This document shows positions 10,507-21,471 of a stretch of 64,000 nucleotides of DNA, in pieces. The stretch's first letter is position 1; every line of letters starts with the position of its first letter. This DNA comes from Caldisericia bacterium (GTDB lineage: Bacteria > Caldisericota > Caldisericia > JAAYUI01): contig OY771555.1 in the NCBI GenBank assembly GCA_963674785.1, forward strand, positions 2,080,001 through 2,144,000, in the 5' to 3' direction. Below the pieces are notes generated by a model. The model did no database searches. It saw only the letters and a list, made by a program, of their open reading frames with translations, and was not told the origin of the DNA. The translations under genes and the position numbers were made by a program.

Positions 10507-12825
10507 TTGCTGATATTGCTCATCGCTCTTGTGCCGATAGTTTTTGCACAGGAACCTGACGATTTACTTGTAATGGGTGGTCCTTCCGCGGACGGATTGG
10601 TTCTACCAAGCGGAGTATCCGTTGATCCTGATAACAATTTCCTAATAGTCAATGATGGCACAAATGACATCCTCTCTTTGACAGAAAAACTAGATTATAG
10701 GTTCAGGTTTGGTGGATACAGTACCAACTTTGAAAAAGTACTCGACGCTCCAGCTCATATTATCTTTTCAAAGAAAAGGATGATTATCTCTGATATTGGT
10801 TGCCTAAAAATCTTTGACCTAAAAGGCAACCTTGAAGAGACAATCAAGAACATCGGGGATGAAACACTTAAAAGACCGATGGGTCTCTCAACCGATTCAA
10901 GAAACAGGATTTACATTTCTGACCCTGAACTTGGAAAAGTAATCATTTGTGAGAGTGATTTTAGCCCATACAAGGTAATCGAATCGATTGTCAAAAAACC
11001 TGTTCATTGCTTCGTAACTTCATCGTACCGACATATCATCCTTGATACTGAGCTTAAAAAAGGAATTGTGCTTTCCTCATATCTTGAGAAGATAAGTGAC
11101 TTCGGTGATTTTAAAGATCCAAAATCAATAGTGACCGACGGCTCAAGAAGAATATTTGTTTTAGATGAAAACACAATTCATAGTTTCAGCATCTCAGGTG
11201 ATTCAAGGCAAAAATGGAAACTCTCCCCAAAAAAACCTGAGGGGCTTTATCCATCAATGGTTCTTATCGATGATTCAATTTACCTTACATCCCATGAATC
11301 AGGAGAGTTTCTGGAATTCGACACATCAAACGGAAAAGTGAAAACTGTAATTGAGCAGAATCCAAACAATCTTGTTCTCCCATCTTGTCACGTAACAGAT
11401 GAAAACGGAAGAATATATATTGCGGACACACTCAATGACAGGATTAGAGTTGTGAACCAGCAGGGTGATACACTTTTTAATATCTCATCGAAAAGACCTG
11501 GTAGAATGTCTGTTTCAAGGAATTTCCTAGCAGTAATTGAGGAAAATGAGTACATCCAGGTCTACACAAGAGAAGGTGGAGATCTTTATAAAATTGAAGA
11601 GCTTAACCCGGTTGATTTGAGTTTTATCAGCGATGATTCGCTTCTTATTTTGACTTCGGACGGGCATGTCAAAAAATATATAGGCACCGAAGAGGCCGAT
11701 GAAATTCTTGATGATGAAAAAATAATCGAAAATTCAATCATCCTTGATTCAGCTGAGGATTATTTTGCAGTTGCTTCAAGTGACAAATCAGTTTCCATCT
11801 TTTCAAGGTTTGGTGATTTTGAGTGGTCAATCAAAACCTCGAGTATTCCAAGAGATGTGACTATTCTTTCATCAGGCAAAATCATCGTTGCATACGATAA
11901 TGGACTAAAACTAATAGATAGATTTGGGAAAGTGATCGAAAGCTTTGGAGAAGGTGATGGTCTATTTTCCGAAGGAATCAAAACTGAAAAGGAAATAGAT
12001 TACCAAAAGGATCTTGCCAAATTCACAAAACCTGTTTCAATTTCGAGGTTTGGGGATTGGATTTATGTTTTGGATAACATCGCAATGAGACTCACCAGAT
12101 TCAACAAACAGATTCTCCTCTCACCACCGGAAATAAAGGTTTCACCAGAGATTCTTGATTTCGGTTCAGTTCCTGCTGGAGATGAGACTGAGTCTTCAAT
12201 AGTTATTGAAAATATTGGTGGAGAAACACTTGAGGGAAGTTTATCGGTCATTCCTAGATGGGTTATATCTAATTCAAAACGCTTCAAAGGCGATGATGTA
12301 ATCATAAAACTAAAGACAAGAACAAACCACTTCATTGGTGGGAAAACCTACAGAGAGAATATCGTTATTGACTCAAATGCAGGCAAGATCATAGTTCCAT
12401 GTATTATTGGAATCTCTGATATCTCACTAAATCAAGTGGACATAATAATTGAAATTGGCAATACAAAGGTTGAAGTAGGCGACGAGGTAATCGATCTTGG
12501 TGTTGCACCATACATCAAGGATGGAAAAACAATGGTTCCACTAAGATTCATTAGTGAGGCATTCGGTGGAAGTGTTGAATTTGATGATGGTTATATTGAT
12601 GTATCATTCCCACAAAAAGACTTGTGGGTATCTCTAGAACTGGGAGAAGAAGACGTGATTTTAGATATTGGGGAAGAATCTAAGTTTCTCACAATCAGCC
12701 CTCCACCACAGATTAAATCTGGAACAACCTTTGTACCGCTCACATTTTTCACTGACATCTTGAGTTGTGAGTATTACTGGGATTCTAAAACAAAATCAAT
12801 CCGTTTAGTCTATATTCTCGATTAA
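10507..12825 (+). CDS. Secreted NHL-repeat/Ig-like/copper amine oxidase N-terminal (stalk) domain protein; true start may be slightly upstream
   Basis: Signal-like N-terminus; NHL repeats (RIYISDPELGKV, RIYIADTLNDRIRV); C-terminal APYIKDGKTMVPLRFISEAFG. Confidence 0.8.
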   Translation: MLILLIALVPIVFAQEPDDLLVMGGPSADGLVLPSGVSVDPDNNFLIVNDGTNDILSLTEKLDYRFRFGGYSTNFEKVLDAPAHIIFSKKRMIISDIGCLKIFDLKGNLEETIKNIGDETLKRPMGLSTDSRNRIYISDPELGKVIICESDFSPYKVIESIVKKPVHCFVTSSYRHIILDTELKKGIVLSSYLEKISDFGDFKDPKSIVTDGSRRIFVLDENTIHSFSISGDSRQKWKLSPKKPEGLYPSMVLIDDSIYLTSHESGEFLEFDTSNGKVKTVIEQNPNNLVLPSCHVTDENGRIYIADTLNDRIRVVNQQGDTLFNISSKRPGRMSVSRNFLAVIEENEYIQVYTREGGDLYKIEELNPVDLSFISDDSLLILTSDGHVKKYIGTEEADEILDDEKIIENSIILDSAEDYFAVASSDKSVSIFSRFGDFEWSIKTSSIPRDVTILSSGKIIVAYDNGLKLIDRFGKVIESFGEGDGLFSEGIKTEKEIDYQKDLAKFTKPVSISRFGDWIYVLDNIAMRLTRFNKQILLSPPEIKVSPEILDFGSVPAGDETESSIVIENIGGETLEGSLSVIPRWVISNSKRFKGDDVIIKLKTRTNHFIGGKTYRENIVIDSNAGKIIVPCIIGISDISLNQVDIIIEIGNTKVEVGDEVIDLGVAPYIKDGKTMVPLRFISEAFGGSVEFDDGYIDVSFPQKDLWVSLELGEEDVILDIGEESKFLTISPPPQIKSGTTFVPLTFFTDILSCEYYWDSKTKSIRLVYILD

Positions 12826-12844
12826 TTTTATAAGGAGCGCTTTT

Positions 12845-15800
12845 ATGAAGAAATTGATCACATTTGTGGTTGCAGTTTTTGTATTGGTTTCTGTTTTTCC
12901 AGTATTCAGTTTGGATGCACAAGAAAGGTTTGAGCAAATTGAACTTCCACTATCACCTGGGGACTTCACACTCGCAACCTCAAACCTTCCCTCAATTCCA
13001 GTCCATTTTGAACTGAATCCTGAAAAACTAATAACATTTCAGGGAAAGCTTTTTTATGAGGGAATGGGGCTCACACAGGATTTTGGATATCCACAGATTC
13101 CTGTTGTAACAAAAAGAATCCATCTGAAAAACAAGAATCCAGTCTCCATATCAATTGAGTCAGTTGATTGGGAAATTCGAAATATACCTGATCTTGACAA
13201 ATATCAGCCAAAGACTTGGGGTATGGAAAAAATCGATTACCCAGAGGTAAATTGGGAAGGAATGTATCCTGGAAAGCTTGGTGAATACACTATCGAAGAA
13301 GGTTCAGACGGTAACTGGTTATCTCTTCTTTTTGCACCAATCTCTCTCGACTTTGAAAGAAACGAGATGATCGTTTTCACATCAATTGACCTTAAGATCA
13401 ATTATCAAATCGATTTTTCACTGTACTCATTGGCCGAAGAAAATGAAACAGAGAAAGCAATTATCCTCTGTCCTGACCTCTTAAGGTCAGCTGCCGAATC
13501 ACTTGCTGTCATCCAAAGAGAGGATGGATATGAAGTTGAGGTTGTGACAGTTTCAAGCATTGACTCAAGATATTCTCCTCAAGATAAAGAGCCTGAGAAT
13601 ATGAGTGGTTATGAGGATATGTCAAAATCAGAACGCAAATTCCTCGAAGCATATGACTACGACCTTGCAAAAAAAATCAGAAGTTATTTTGAATCAGAAA
13701 TTGACGAGATTGATTATGTAACTTTGATGGGAGACGGAGAACTTATCCCAGCATCATTCTACAGCATCAGCGGTTGGTCGGATTATGAGTTTGATAGGTA
13801 TATCCCAACCGATCTTTTCTATGCATCACCAGACCTTGATACAATTCCAAATTTTGCACTTGGAAGATTGCCAGTCAGAAACATCGATGAAGCAAATGTT
13901 GTTGTTGAAAAAATCAAAAACTACAGGGAAGCATTAAGAGAAGACGATTGGTTTCATAAAATCAACCTTGGCGGAGGAGACCCATTCAATGGTGGTTTTG
14001 AAGGCGAGATCGATTGCCAAGCTTTAATCGATATGGGAATGCTCGACGGGTTTGAAGTAAATAAGTATTACAAAACAAGAGAGAGATTCGGATCAAAGGA
14101 TATGATTGATGCCCTCAGTGATGAAGCAGGATTTGTTTACACTATCAGTCACGGTTCAGGCGAAGCTCTCATAACTGAACCAGGTGAGGTCACAACAGAA
14201 GATATTCTTAATCTCCCAAAACGAGGAAAGCTTCCAATCCTGTTATCTCCAGCTTGCATAAACGGAATGTATGACTCAACCGTTGTAAACCACAAACTAA
14301 ACGAATATGAGGGCGGAAACGGCCTCTCGTTCAGTCAAGCCTGCATCACATCACCTGGTGGTCCAATTGCGTATTTTGGTGGCTCAAGAATCAACTATGC
14401 TGGGGTAAACTGGATGATTGAGGGTGGAGTCGTTAAAACACTGCCATTTGATGAGATGGACAGATTTATGCAGGAAGTGATGAACTCCTACCACAACTGG
14501 TCAGGCACCCTTGGGGAAATGACCGTCCAGGCATATAAAAAGTATGTTGGAATCGGTAGTTTCAGTTTCTTCGGAACTGGGGATAAGACCCTTCTTGCTT
14601 TTGTGTTCTTCGGAGACCCAACAATAAAACTCCCTGCAACACCTGGTGGCTCCCCACATAGAATTCCTGATATTGAAATTGTTGATGCACCAATGAGAGA
14701 CCTTTCATACGGCTCAATAAAGATTCCAGTTCTCTCAATTATTGATGAGAACACATTGAAGATTAAATCCGATATTCCTTGGGTTAATTACGAAATCCTC
14801 AACCTCGAGACAGATGTTAAAGTGGTCTCAGATTGGCAAAAGGTTGAACCAGGTTCAGAAAGGCTTTTCGATATATCAATAAGTCCTGATGACAAATCAT
14901 TCTGGCAGACAAGAGTCGAACTACCGAACCTCTCTGAGGTTTGGATTTATTACCTGTCAGCAGCTGAGCATGACCTTTCAGTTGAATCTGGAAGAGATTT
15001 CTTCATAACCAAACCAAAAAAGAGAGAACATTTTTATTTCTACATCATAAACGACGGTTTGAAAAAAGAAGAGAACATAACTGTCGATTTCTTTGTTGAT
15101 AACAAGAGGATCAAAACAAGGAATATTTCCGAGCTAGAAAGCGGAGACTATACATCCGTTTACTTTAAAGCTGATGATATAGACATCGGTGATCATCAAA
15201 TAAAAATCGAAACAAGTTTTGATGAAACCGATCAGTACCCAGAAGACAACGAATTTTCCAGGAAACTTGTTGTAACTGAAGAAGATACATGCAAAACTGC
15301 ATGCTTGGTTTCATATTTTTACCCAAGTTATCTTGTAGAGGATTATCTTGAAATCGAAAGATATAATGACATTGCATCAGGATTTGAAGGTAAACCAACT
15401 GAAATCGCAATGATTGGTTCAAACTCATACTGGGCACTTGTTTTCGGCTATCCAATCCCTGATTTAAGAGAAGTTGGAGCAGACTCAGTTATTATAGCAA
15501 ACATCAATGCGATAAATCCTTTCTCAAGCGATAGCATCGACAAACTGAATGCATTTAATTCGGAAGGTGGATCAATAATCTGTATGGGTTCACTTTACAA
15601 CTCAACAGCAGCTCCACTTTTCAACCAGATGTATGATTGGTTTGGTATCAATCCAGATATCAAAACAAAACTTGAAGAAACTGAATCCGACACATTTGAG
15701 CCTGTTTCAGAAGACTCGGTATTTTTCAATGGCATCTCAAAAACCCCATTGGAAATCAAAACAAAATATTCAAACAAACTAATCGATACAACATGGGAAG

Positions 15801-18800
15801 AAGCAATTGAAGACGACAAAACAGTGATTCATGCCAAAACCACAGACAACTCAGGAGCATTAATCAGCAACAAACAAAACATCTTCTTGTCATCTGGGAT
15901 AGATGTAGAAACAGATGATGATTTGAGATTCCTCTACAACCTTCTTTCGTACAATCTCAGACCAAGGTCAGATGCAATGATTTCATTATCAGGTATCGAA
16001 TGCGTTCCACCACTACCCAAAATTGATGAAGAGATTGAGATAATTGTAACCGTCGAAAATGTAGGAAACACAACCCTTAAAAATGTCGCGGTCAAAATCG
16101 ATGAGTTGGGTTTAGAATCTACAATTGATGAACTTCCAAAAAGCGAAAGCAAAGAAGTCTCATTCAACACAAAAGCCCCATCAGAAACTGGTATATTCAT
16201 TGTCTCACCAAGCGTCAATGTCGAAAACGACATCGATGATGAAAACAACTCAACATCTCTCCGAATTAGAATCAACGATAAAGATGAGAATGCAGGAAAA
16301 AATGTAATTTCTGATATAAATATATCCGACGGATCTATCCTTCCAAACGAACTCAAACTCATCAAGGGCAAAGCTGTTGCTGGCTCATTCATCAATATCT
16401 CTGGAAGAGTTGGAAGAGCGGATGAAAAAGGCAATTTTGCAATCCCATATACTCCAACTGGTTTAGAAAATGGTCTATCAGTCAAAACCAAAACCCCATC
16501 AGGACAAACTGAGGATTTCAAGGTTTGGGTTGCCTTCGAGGAAAAGAAAAGCATCGGTTGCCAAATTGATGAAAAATTCTTTATATCATCAACAAACCAT
16601 GTTGTAAAAACCGATGCTCCAGTATTTATAATCGAGAATGAAGTTGGTTATGTAAACCTAAGTGAAATCTCTGAATACCTTGGACTGAAGCTTTCAGAAA
16701 ATGATGATTCAATCATACTCGCCGGGAAAAAGGTTATATATACTGTGAGCAAAGATGGAACAAACATTGTGGCTAAAATCGGCGAATGGGAAGAAACACT
16801 GACAACAAGTAATGCTATCAAGAATTCAGATGGTAAAATTTATCTATCTCTTGAGTCTCTGAAAAAAATGTCTTTTAACGCTGACCTTGAAGATGAACCA
16901 TTCTCGCTTCTCATTGATTTCCCGAAAATAAGTCCGCAGACAGAAACAGTCGGTCTCAACTATGTAAGTTCAAATATAGAAAACCGAAGAATGACGGTTC
17001 CTTCTGAGGCAGACTACGGCAAACCAAAATTGGTATCTTTCGGTGCAATGGATGGTGAAATTGCTTCATTAAAGGAGTTTAAGATAACGTCGAAAAAAAT
17101 GTACCTATGGACTCACCGAGGTATTCAGGAATGGACACTTGATGGAAAATACATGGAAACAAAGGGATTTCCAAAAACTCTTTCTGAAGATCTTGATCTT
17201 TCATGGGCAACAATCTTCCATCCATCAAGTAGCTATTACTCAGGTTATACGATGAGATTCTTTATAACCTCTGATGGTGGCATAATGTTTATCACCAGTG
17301 ATAGGTTAGCAATTTACGATCGGGACTGGAACAGACTTGAACTCATCGAGTTCGACGATGAGATGGACATTAATGCTGCGGGTTGTGATAACGATGGGAA
17401 TCTTTTCGTTTTTGACTATTACGACAATTGTCATGTTTTCTCTTCCAAAGGCAAAAAGATTACAGATTTTGAATTTATCAACAAAGATGAAGAAAGAATC
17501 AGATATATTAGCTCCCACTGTGTGACCCCTGATGGAAACGTGGTTGCTATTGAGAGCAGTTCATCATACGACTTATTCAGTTTCGGTGGCTCGAGTTGGA
17601 GTATTTACCTCTATGATACTAGTGGAAATATCATCTCTTACAAAATCTTTGAAGAGAATGCTGACAGTGGTTTAGAGGAAGACGAAGAACTTCCAGGTGA
17701 ACCTAGCTATATCATGGCAGATAGGGACGGCACATATTGGTTGATTGAAGCTGACTGGTCAACCACAACGGTTAGACATTGGAACTCAAGATTTGAAGAG
17801 ATTGACTCCTATATTCTTGATACAAACCTATTAAGGGCAAGCGGAGCACAACTGGCAGACGATGGTAGATTCTATATTTCAGGATCATTTTCAAAAGAAG
17901 TTGATTCAGCAACAAAAACCTTCGCAATAATGACAATTAACTCTGAACTTGAAGAAGATTATATGGTGCCATATGCCAAATCTGACTCAAAAGACCGATT
18001 CTATTACCCGGATTATTTGACTTACGATAATGAAGGAAATCTTGTTGCCCTTGATGGTGTAGATATAAGAAAATACGACAAGATGGGAACATTTATTGAT
18101 TCGATTCACTTTAAAGACGAATCAGGAGAAAAGGCTTACGCAACCAGGTTTGTTTTTGAGGATGACCAAATATATGGAACTGTCAGCGATTGGAATAATT
18201 CTTGTGTATTCGTCGCCAACAACGATTTTGAGATACAAAGAAAAGTACCTCTTTCTGTTGATGCAACAGAAGAGAGAGACGAGTATATGCTTTATCCAAG
18301 AGGGATTTCTGCCGACCCTGATAGAAACGAAATCTACATAATGGATTCAAGTGAATCAAACATCGTTCAAGTGATTTCAGATTATTCCAATACTGAGAAA
18401 ATGCCCGAGAAGATTGAGATACTAAGATCATTTGTTCCGAGGGGAATTGGCAAGAGTAAGGTTTCAAATCCGAGATATTTGAGCAGATTTGAAGACAAGC
18501 TCTTTATCCTTGATGGAAAAGAAAAAAAGATTGTTGCCTATAACACCAAGGGAGAATTTCTCTTTGAATTTGGTGGAGAGGGAGAGACAGATGGGAAAAT
18601 GATGAGTCCTCAGAGTATGAATATTGATAAAAAAGGACGCATATGGATTTCTGATGCTAAGCTTTCTAAAATCCTCATTTTCGACGTAAATGGTACATAC
18701 ATTACGTCTCTAGGTTCAGAGGGAAATCTTGTACCACCAGGGACTATCAGTGAGTATTCCTCTGACCCATTCACCCTTTTATATCCAATTGAAGTGTGTG

Positions 18801-19555
18801 CCAACGACGGTCAGATAACAATTCTTGATTATTGCCACAACAGATTGATCATGCTAAATTCTCTTCAAGACACCACAAATATGTCTGTTATTCCTGAAAA
18901 TCCAAAACTTTCATATTATCCAACTCAGATGAAAGCCTCGGGGTCTTTTAATATCGTCAACTCTGGACCAGGAACTCTTGAGGTCGAAATCAAATGTGAA
19001 GATGAAAATCTTGAAATTGAACCATCCAAATTCACAGGAAACTTCAAAACAGTCAACCTAAAATATAACTTCGGGAAAAAGGATAACACTGAAATCCCAG
19101 AGTTCCTATTCTTAAGTATTGAAAGCAACATAGGAACAACAGTCATCAAAATTCCACTCAATCAAAACAAAATTGACTTCACAATTAAAGAGAAATCTGA
19201 TGTTGCATCAGGCGCAAATGGAGTAATAAGGTTATCAAACCAGATTACAAAATCAGGAGACACGAACCTCGTTTCATCAAAAGATTTAGTTCAATTAATT
19301 CCACTTTCTGGTACAAAATCAAGTAATGGACAGACCCTTTTCTACAATATCTGTGGAAGGGGTTTAGGTTTCACAATTGACAAGGATGTTGCTGAACTGA
19401 GACTCGGAGAAGATGTATTTAATATACATCTTAATGAAAAGACGCAGAAGAAAGAGGATGGATCGTTTATGCTTCCTCTTGATCTGATTTCAAACTTCAT
19501 CGGATGCGAAATTGTGAAACAAGAAGATGTATTAAAGGTGGTTTCTAGGAATTGA
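12845..19555 (+). CDS. Large secreted C25 (gingipain-like) cysteine peptidase with CARDB-like, NHL and stalk-like domains
   Basis: Signal peptide; YVTLMGD, TDLFYA, ALGRLP, catalytic-like SHGS and SPACING, FFGDP; CARDB-like segments (DQYPEDN, VENVGN..DENN); C-terminal NHL repeats. Confidence 0.85.
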   Translation: MKKLITFVVAVFVLVSVFPVFSLDAQERFEQIELPLSPGDFTLATSNLPSIPVHFELNPEKLITFQGKLFYEGMGLTQDFGYPQIPVVTKRIHLKNKNPVSISIESVDWEIRNIPDLDKYQPKTWGMEKIDYPEVNWEGMYPGKLGEYTIEEGSDGNWLSLLFAPISLDFERNEMIVFTSIDLKINYQIDFSLYSLAEENETEKAIILCPDLLRSAAESLAVIQREDGYEVEVVTVSSIDSRYSPQDKEPENMSGYEDMSKSERKFLEAYDYDLAKKIRSYFESEIDEIDYVTLMGDGELIPASFYSISGWSDYEFDRYIPTDLFYASPDLDTIPNFALGRLPVRNIDEANVVVEKIKNYREALREDDWFHKINLGGGDPFNGGFEGEIDCQALIDMGMLDGFEVNKYYKTRERFGSKDMIDALSDEAGFVYTISHGSGEALITEPGEVTTEDILNLPKRGKLPILLSPACINGMYDSTVVNHKLNEYEGGNGLSFSQACITSPGGPIAYFGGSRINYAGVNWMIEGGVVKTLPFDEMDRFMQEVMNSYHNWSGTLGEMTVQAYKKYVGIGSFSFFGTGDKTLLAFVFFGDPTIKLPATPGGSPHRIPDIEIVDAPMRDLSYGSIKIPVLSIIDENTLKIKSDIPWVNYEILNLETDVKVVSDWQKVEPGSERLFDISISPDDKSFWQTRVELPNLSEVWIYYLSAAEHDLSVESGRDFFITKPKKREHFYFYIINDGLKKEENITVDFFVDNKRIKTRNISELESGDYTSVYFKADDIDIGDHQIKIETSFDETDQYPEDNEFSRKLVVTEEDTCKTACLVSYFYPSYLVEDYLEIERYNDIASGFEGKPTEIAMIGSNSYWALVFGYPIPDLREVGADSVIIANINAINPFSSDSIDKLNAFNSEGGSIICMGSLYNSTAAPLFNQMYDWFGINPDIKTKLEETESDTFEPVSEDSVFFNGISKTPLEIKTKYSNKLIDTTWEEAIEDDKTVIHAKTTDNSGALISNKQNIFLSSGIDVETDDDLRFLYNLLSYNLRPRSDAMISLSGIECVPPLPKIDEEIEIIVTVENVGNTTLKNVAVKIDELGLESTIDELPKSESKEVSFNTKAPSETGIFIVSPSVNVENDIDDENNSTSLRIRINDKDENAGKNVISDINISDGSILPNELKLIKGKAVAGSFINISGRVGRADEKGNFAIPYTPTGLENGLSVKTKTPSGQTEDFKVWVAFEEKKSIGCQIDEKFFISSTNHVVKTDAPVFIIENEVGYVNLSEISEYLGLKLSENDDSIILAGKKVIYTVSKDGTNIVAKIGEWEETLTTSNAIKNSDGKIYLSLESLKKMSFNADLEDEPFSLLIDFPKISPQTETVGLNYVSSNIENRRMTVPSEADYGKPKLVSFGAMDGEIASLKEFKITSKKMYLWTHRGIQEWTLDGKYMETKGFPKTLSEDLDLSWATIFHPSSSYYSGYTMRFFITSDGGIMFITSDRLAIYDRDWNRLELIEFDDEMDINAAGCDNDGNLFVFDYYDNCHVFSSKGKKITDFEFINKDEERIRYISSHCVTPDGNVVAIESSSSYDLFSFGGSSWSIYLYDTSGNIISYKIFEENADSGLEEDEELPGEPSYIMADRDGTYWLIEADWSTTTVRHWNSRFEEIDSYILDTNLLRASGAQLADDGRFYISGSFSKEVDSATKTFAIMTINSELEEDYMVPYAKSDSKDRFYYPDYLTYDNEGNLVALDGVDIRKYDKMGTFIDSIHFKDESGEKAYATRFVFEDDQIYGTVSDWNNSCVFVANNDFEIQRKVPLSVDATEERDEYMLYPRGISADPDRNEIYIMDSSESNIVQVISDYSNTEKMPEKIEILRSFVPRGIGKSKVSNPRYLSRFEDKLFILDGKEKKIVAYNTKGEFLFEFGGEGETDGKMMSPQSMNIDKKGRIWISDAKLSKILIFDVNGTYITSLGSEGNLVPPGTISEYSSDPFTLLYPIEVCANDGQITILDYCHNRLIMLNSLQDTTNMSVIPENPKLSYYPTQMKASGSFNIVNSGPGTLEVEIKCEDENLEIEPSKFTGNFKTVNLKYNFGKKDNTEIPEFLFLSIESNIGTTVIKIPLNQNKIDFTIKEKSDVASGANGVIRLSNQITKSGDTNLVSSKDLVQLIPLSGTKSSNGQTLFYNICGRGLGFTIDKDVAELRLGEDVFNIHLNEKTQKKEDGSFMLPLDLISNFIGCEIVKQEDVLKVVSRN

Positions 19556-20220
19556 CAATAGATAAAAAAATGCTTATCGATGGGGTGATACCGTTTGGTG
19601 TCACCCTTTCTGATTATCAGCTTGAACAATTTGAAGAGTTCTACAATGTCTTGATCACGTGGAACAAAAAATTCAACCTTACAGCAATAACAAATCCCGA
19701 TGAGGTTGTTTCAAAGCATTTCGTTGACAGCTTGATAGCGAATGCTTTCCTGCCGGAAGACAAGGCAGGTGTTAAACATATCGACATTGGTTCGGGTTCA
19801 GGTCTTCCTGGTGTTGCATTAAATGTTGCATTCCCAGAGATTGAAACAGTACTCGTCGAATCGATTGGGAAAAAAGCGCGATTCTTGGAAACATTAACTA
19901 GAGAATTAAAGCTCGAGAATATCAAGGTAGTAAATGTTCGCGTTGAAGATCTTCCGGCCTTATATCCCGAATATAACTCATACTTCAATTTCACAACAGC
20001 AAGAGCGGTTGGAAGACTTTTGTGGCTACTCGAACTTGCTGCCCCAACAATGCAACCAGAATCTCGTATCGTTCTTTGGAAGGGAAGAGATCAGATTTCT
20101 GGACTCCCAAAACTAATGAATCAGATCAAGATGAGAGGATTTGATCTTGAAGAAACAAAGGCTTACAAAATCCCTCTGTGGAATATTGATAGATTTTTGA
20201 TTAGCTTAAAACGCTTGTAA
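19552..20220 (+). CDS. rsmG: 16S rRNA m7G527 methyltransferase
   Basis: WNKKFNLTAI, KHFVDSL, DIGSGSGLPG, TARAV. Confidence 0.95.
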   Translation: MTIDKKMLIDGVIPFGVTLSDYQLEQFEEFYNVLITWNKKFNLTAITNPDEVVSKHFVDSLIANAFLPEDKAGVKHIDIGSGSGLPGVALNVAFPEIETVLVESIGKKARFLETLTRELKLENIKVVNVRVEDLPALYPEYNSYFNFTTARAVGRLLWLLELAAPTMQPESRIVLWKGRDQISGLPKLMNQIKMRGFDLEETKAYKIPLWNIDRFLISLKRL

Positions 20221-20274
20221 TTGATGTTTACTCATATAGTATTTACCCCAAAGCTCGATGTTTAAGGAGGACAT

Positions 20275-21471
20275 ATGAAAGGTTTTAAGGGAAGAATCGA
20301 CACCTTACAGGAAAGACTTAAAAAACTTCGTGAAGAAGAACATCTTTTCTATAACAGAGAGATCCAGGAACACGATAATCAGTTCGTTGTTATTGGTGGA
20401 AAAAGATATCTAAACTTTACAACCTACTCATACATTGGTCTACTTGGACACCCAAGAATCAATAAGGCTGCAAAAGATGCAATCGATAAATTTGGTTCAG
20501 GAACTCATGGAGTTAGAATCCTTGCGGGAACGACCAGCGCTCATGTCAGTCTTGAAAACACTATCGCAAAGTACAAAAGGACTGAAGCTGCAGTAGTCTT
20601 TTCCTCAGGATATGTAACAAACCTTACAACTATTTCAAGCCTCTGCGGAAGAGGAGACGCGGTTTTTTGTGATATGATCAACCATGCATCGATTGTTGAC
20701 GGTTGCTTGCTTTCCTCTGCAAAGTTTGTCAGATTCAAACACAGCGACATGGCCGATCTCAGAAAAAAACTTGAAGAAACCGAAGCTGTTGGAAGAGTTA
20801 TTGTTGTAGACGCAGTCTTTTCGATGGATGGGGACATTGCACCACTTCCGGAAATAATTGAGCTTGCGAAAGAATTCGGGGCACTTGTTTATGTCGACGA
20901 AGCTCACTCAACCGGTGTTTTAGGAAAGACCGGTGAAGGCATAATGGAATACTTCGGTCTGACTGAAGGTGTCGATATTCTTATGGGAACATTATCAAAA
21001 ACGATCCCAGCAGCAGGTGGATACGTTGCTGCAAAAAAAGAGATAATTGATTGGCTCAAACACCAATCAAGAGCATATGTATTTTCTGCCGCTCTTCCCC
21101 CCGGAGCAACTGCCGCTGCTGAAGAGTCTTTCAAAGTGATGAAAGAAGAACAGTGGAGAATCACTAAACTCAGAGAAAACTACCAATACTATATCAAGAC
21201 CCTAAAGGAAGCTGGTTTTGATACAGGTCCATCAGAAACCGCCATTGTTCCAATCATACTCGGAGACGAATGGAGAACATGTGAAGCAACAAGACAACTC
21301 TTTGAAAACGGAATCTTCATCATGCCAATACTGTCTCCTGCGGTACCACCAAACACAAACAGATTGAGGGCAAACGTCACTTCCTGGCACACCAAAGAAG
21401 ATATAGATTTTATGGTCAATACTTTATCGGATGTCTGGAAGAATATGGGTATCAAACCTGGCTCTGAATAA
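20275..21471 (+). CDS. PLP-dependent alpha-oxoamine synthase (BioF/Kbl/SPT family)
   Basis: NHASIVDG, VFSMDGD, VDEAHSTG, MGTLSK (PLP lysine). Confidence 0.9.
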   Translation: MKGFKGRIDTLQERLKKLREEEHLFYNREIQEHDNQFVVIGGKRYLNFTTYSYIGLLGHPRINKAAKDAIDKFGSGTHGVRILAGTTSAHVSLENTIAKYKRTEAAVVFSSGYVTNLTTISSLCGRGDAVFCDMINHASIVDGCLLSSAKFVRFKHSDMADLRKKLEETEAVGRVIVVDAVFSMDGDIAPLPEIIELAKEFGALVYVDEAHSTGVLGKTGEGIMEYFGLTEGVDILMGTLSKTIPAAGGYVAAKKEIIDWLKHQSRAYVFSAALPPGATAAAEESFKVMKEEQWRITKLRENYQYYIKTLKEAGFDTGPSETAIVPIILGDEWRTCEATRQLFENGIFIMPILSPAVPPNTNRLRANVTSWHTKEDIDFMVNTLSDVWKNMGIKPGSE

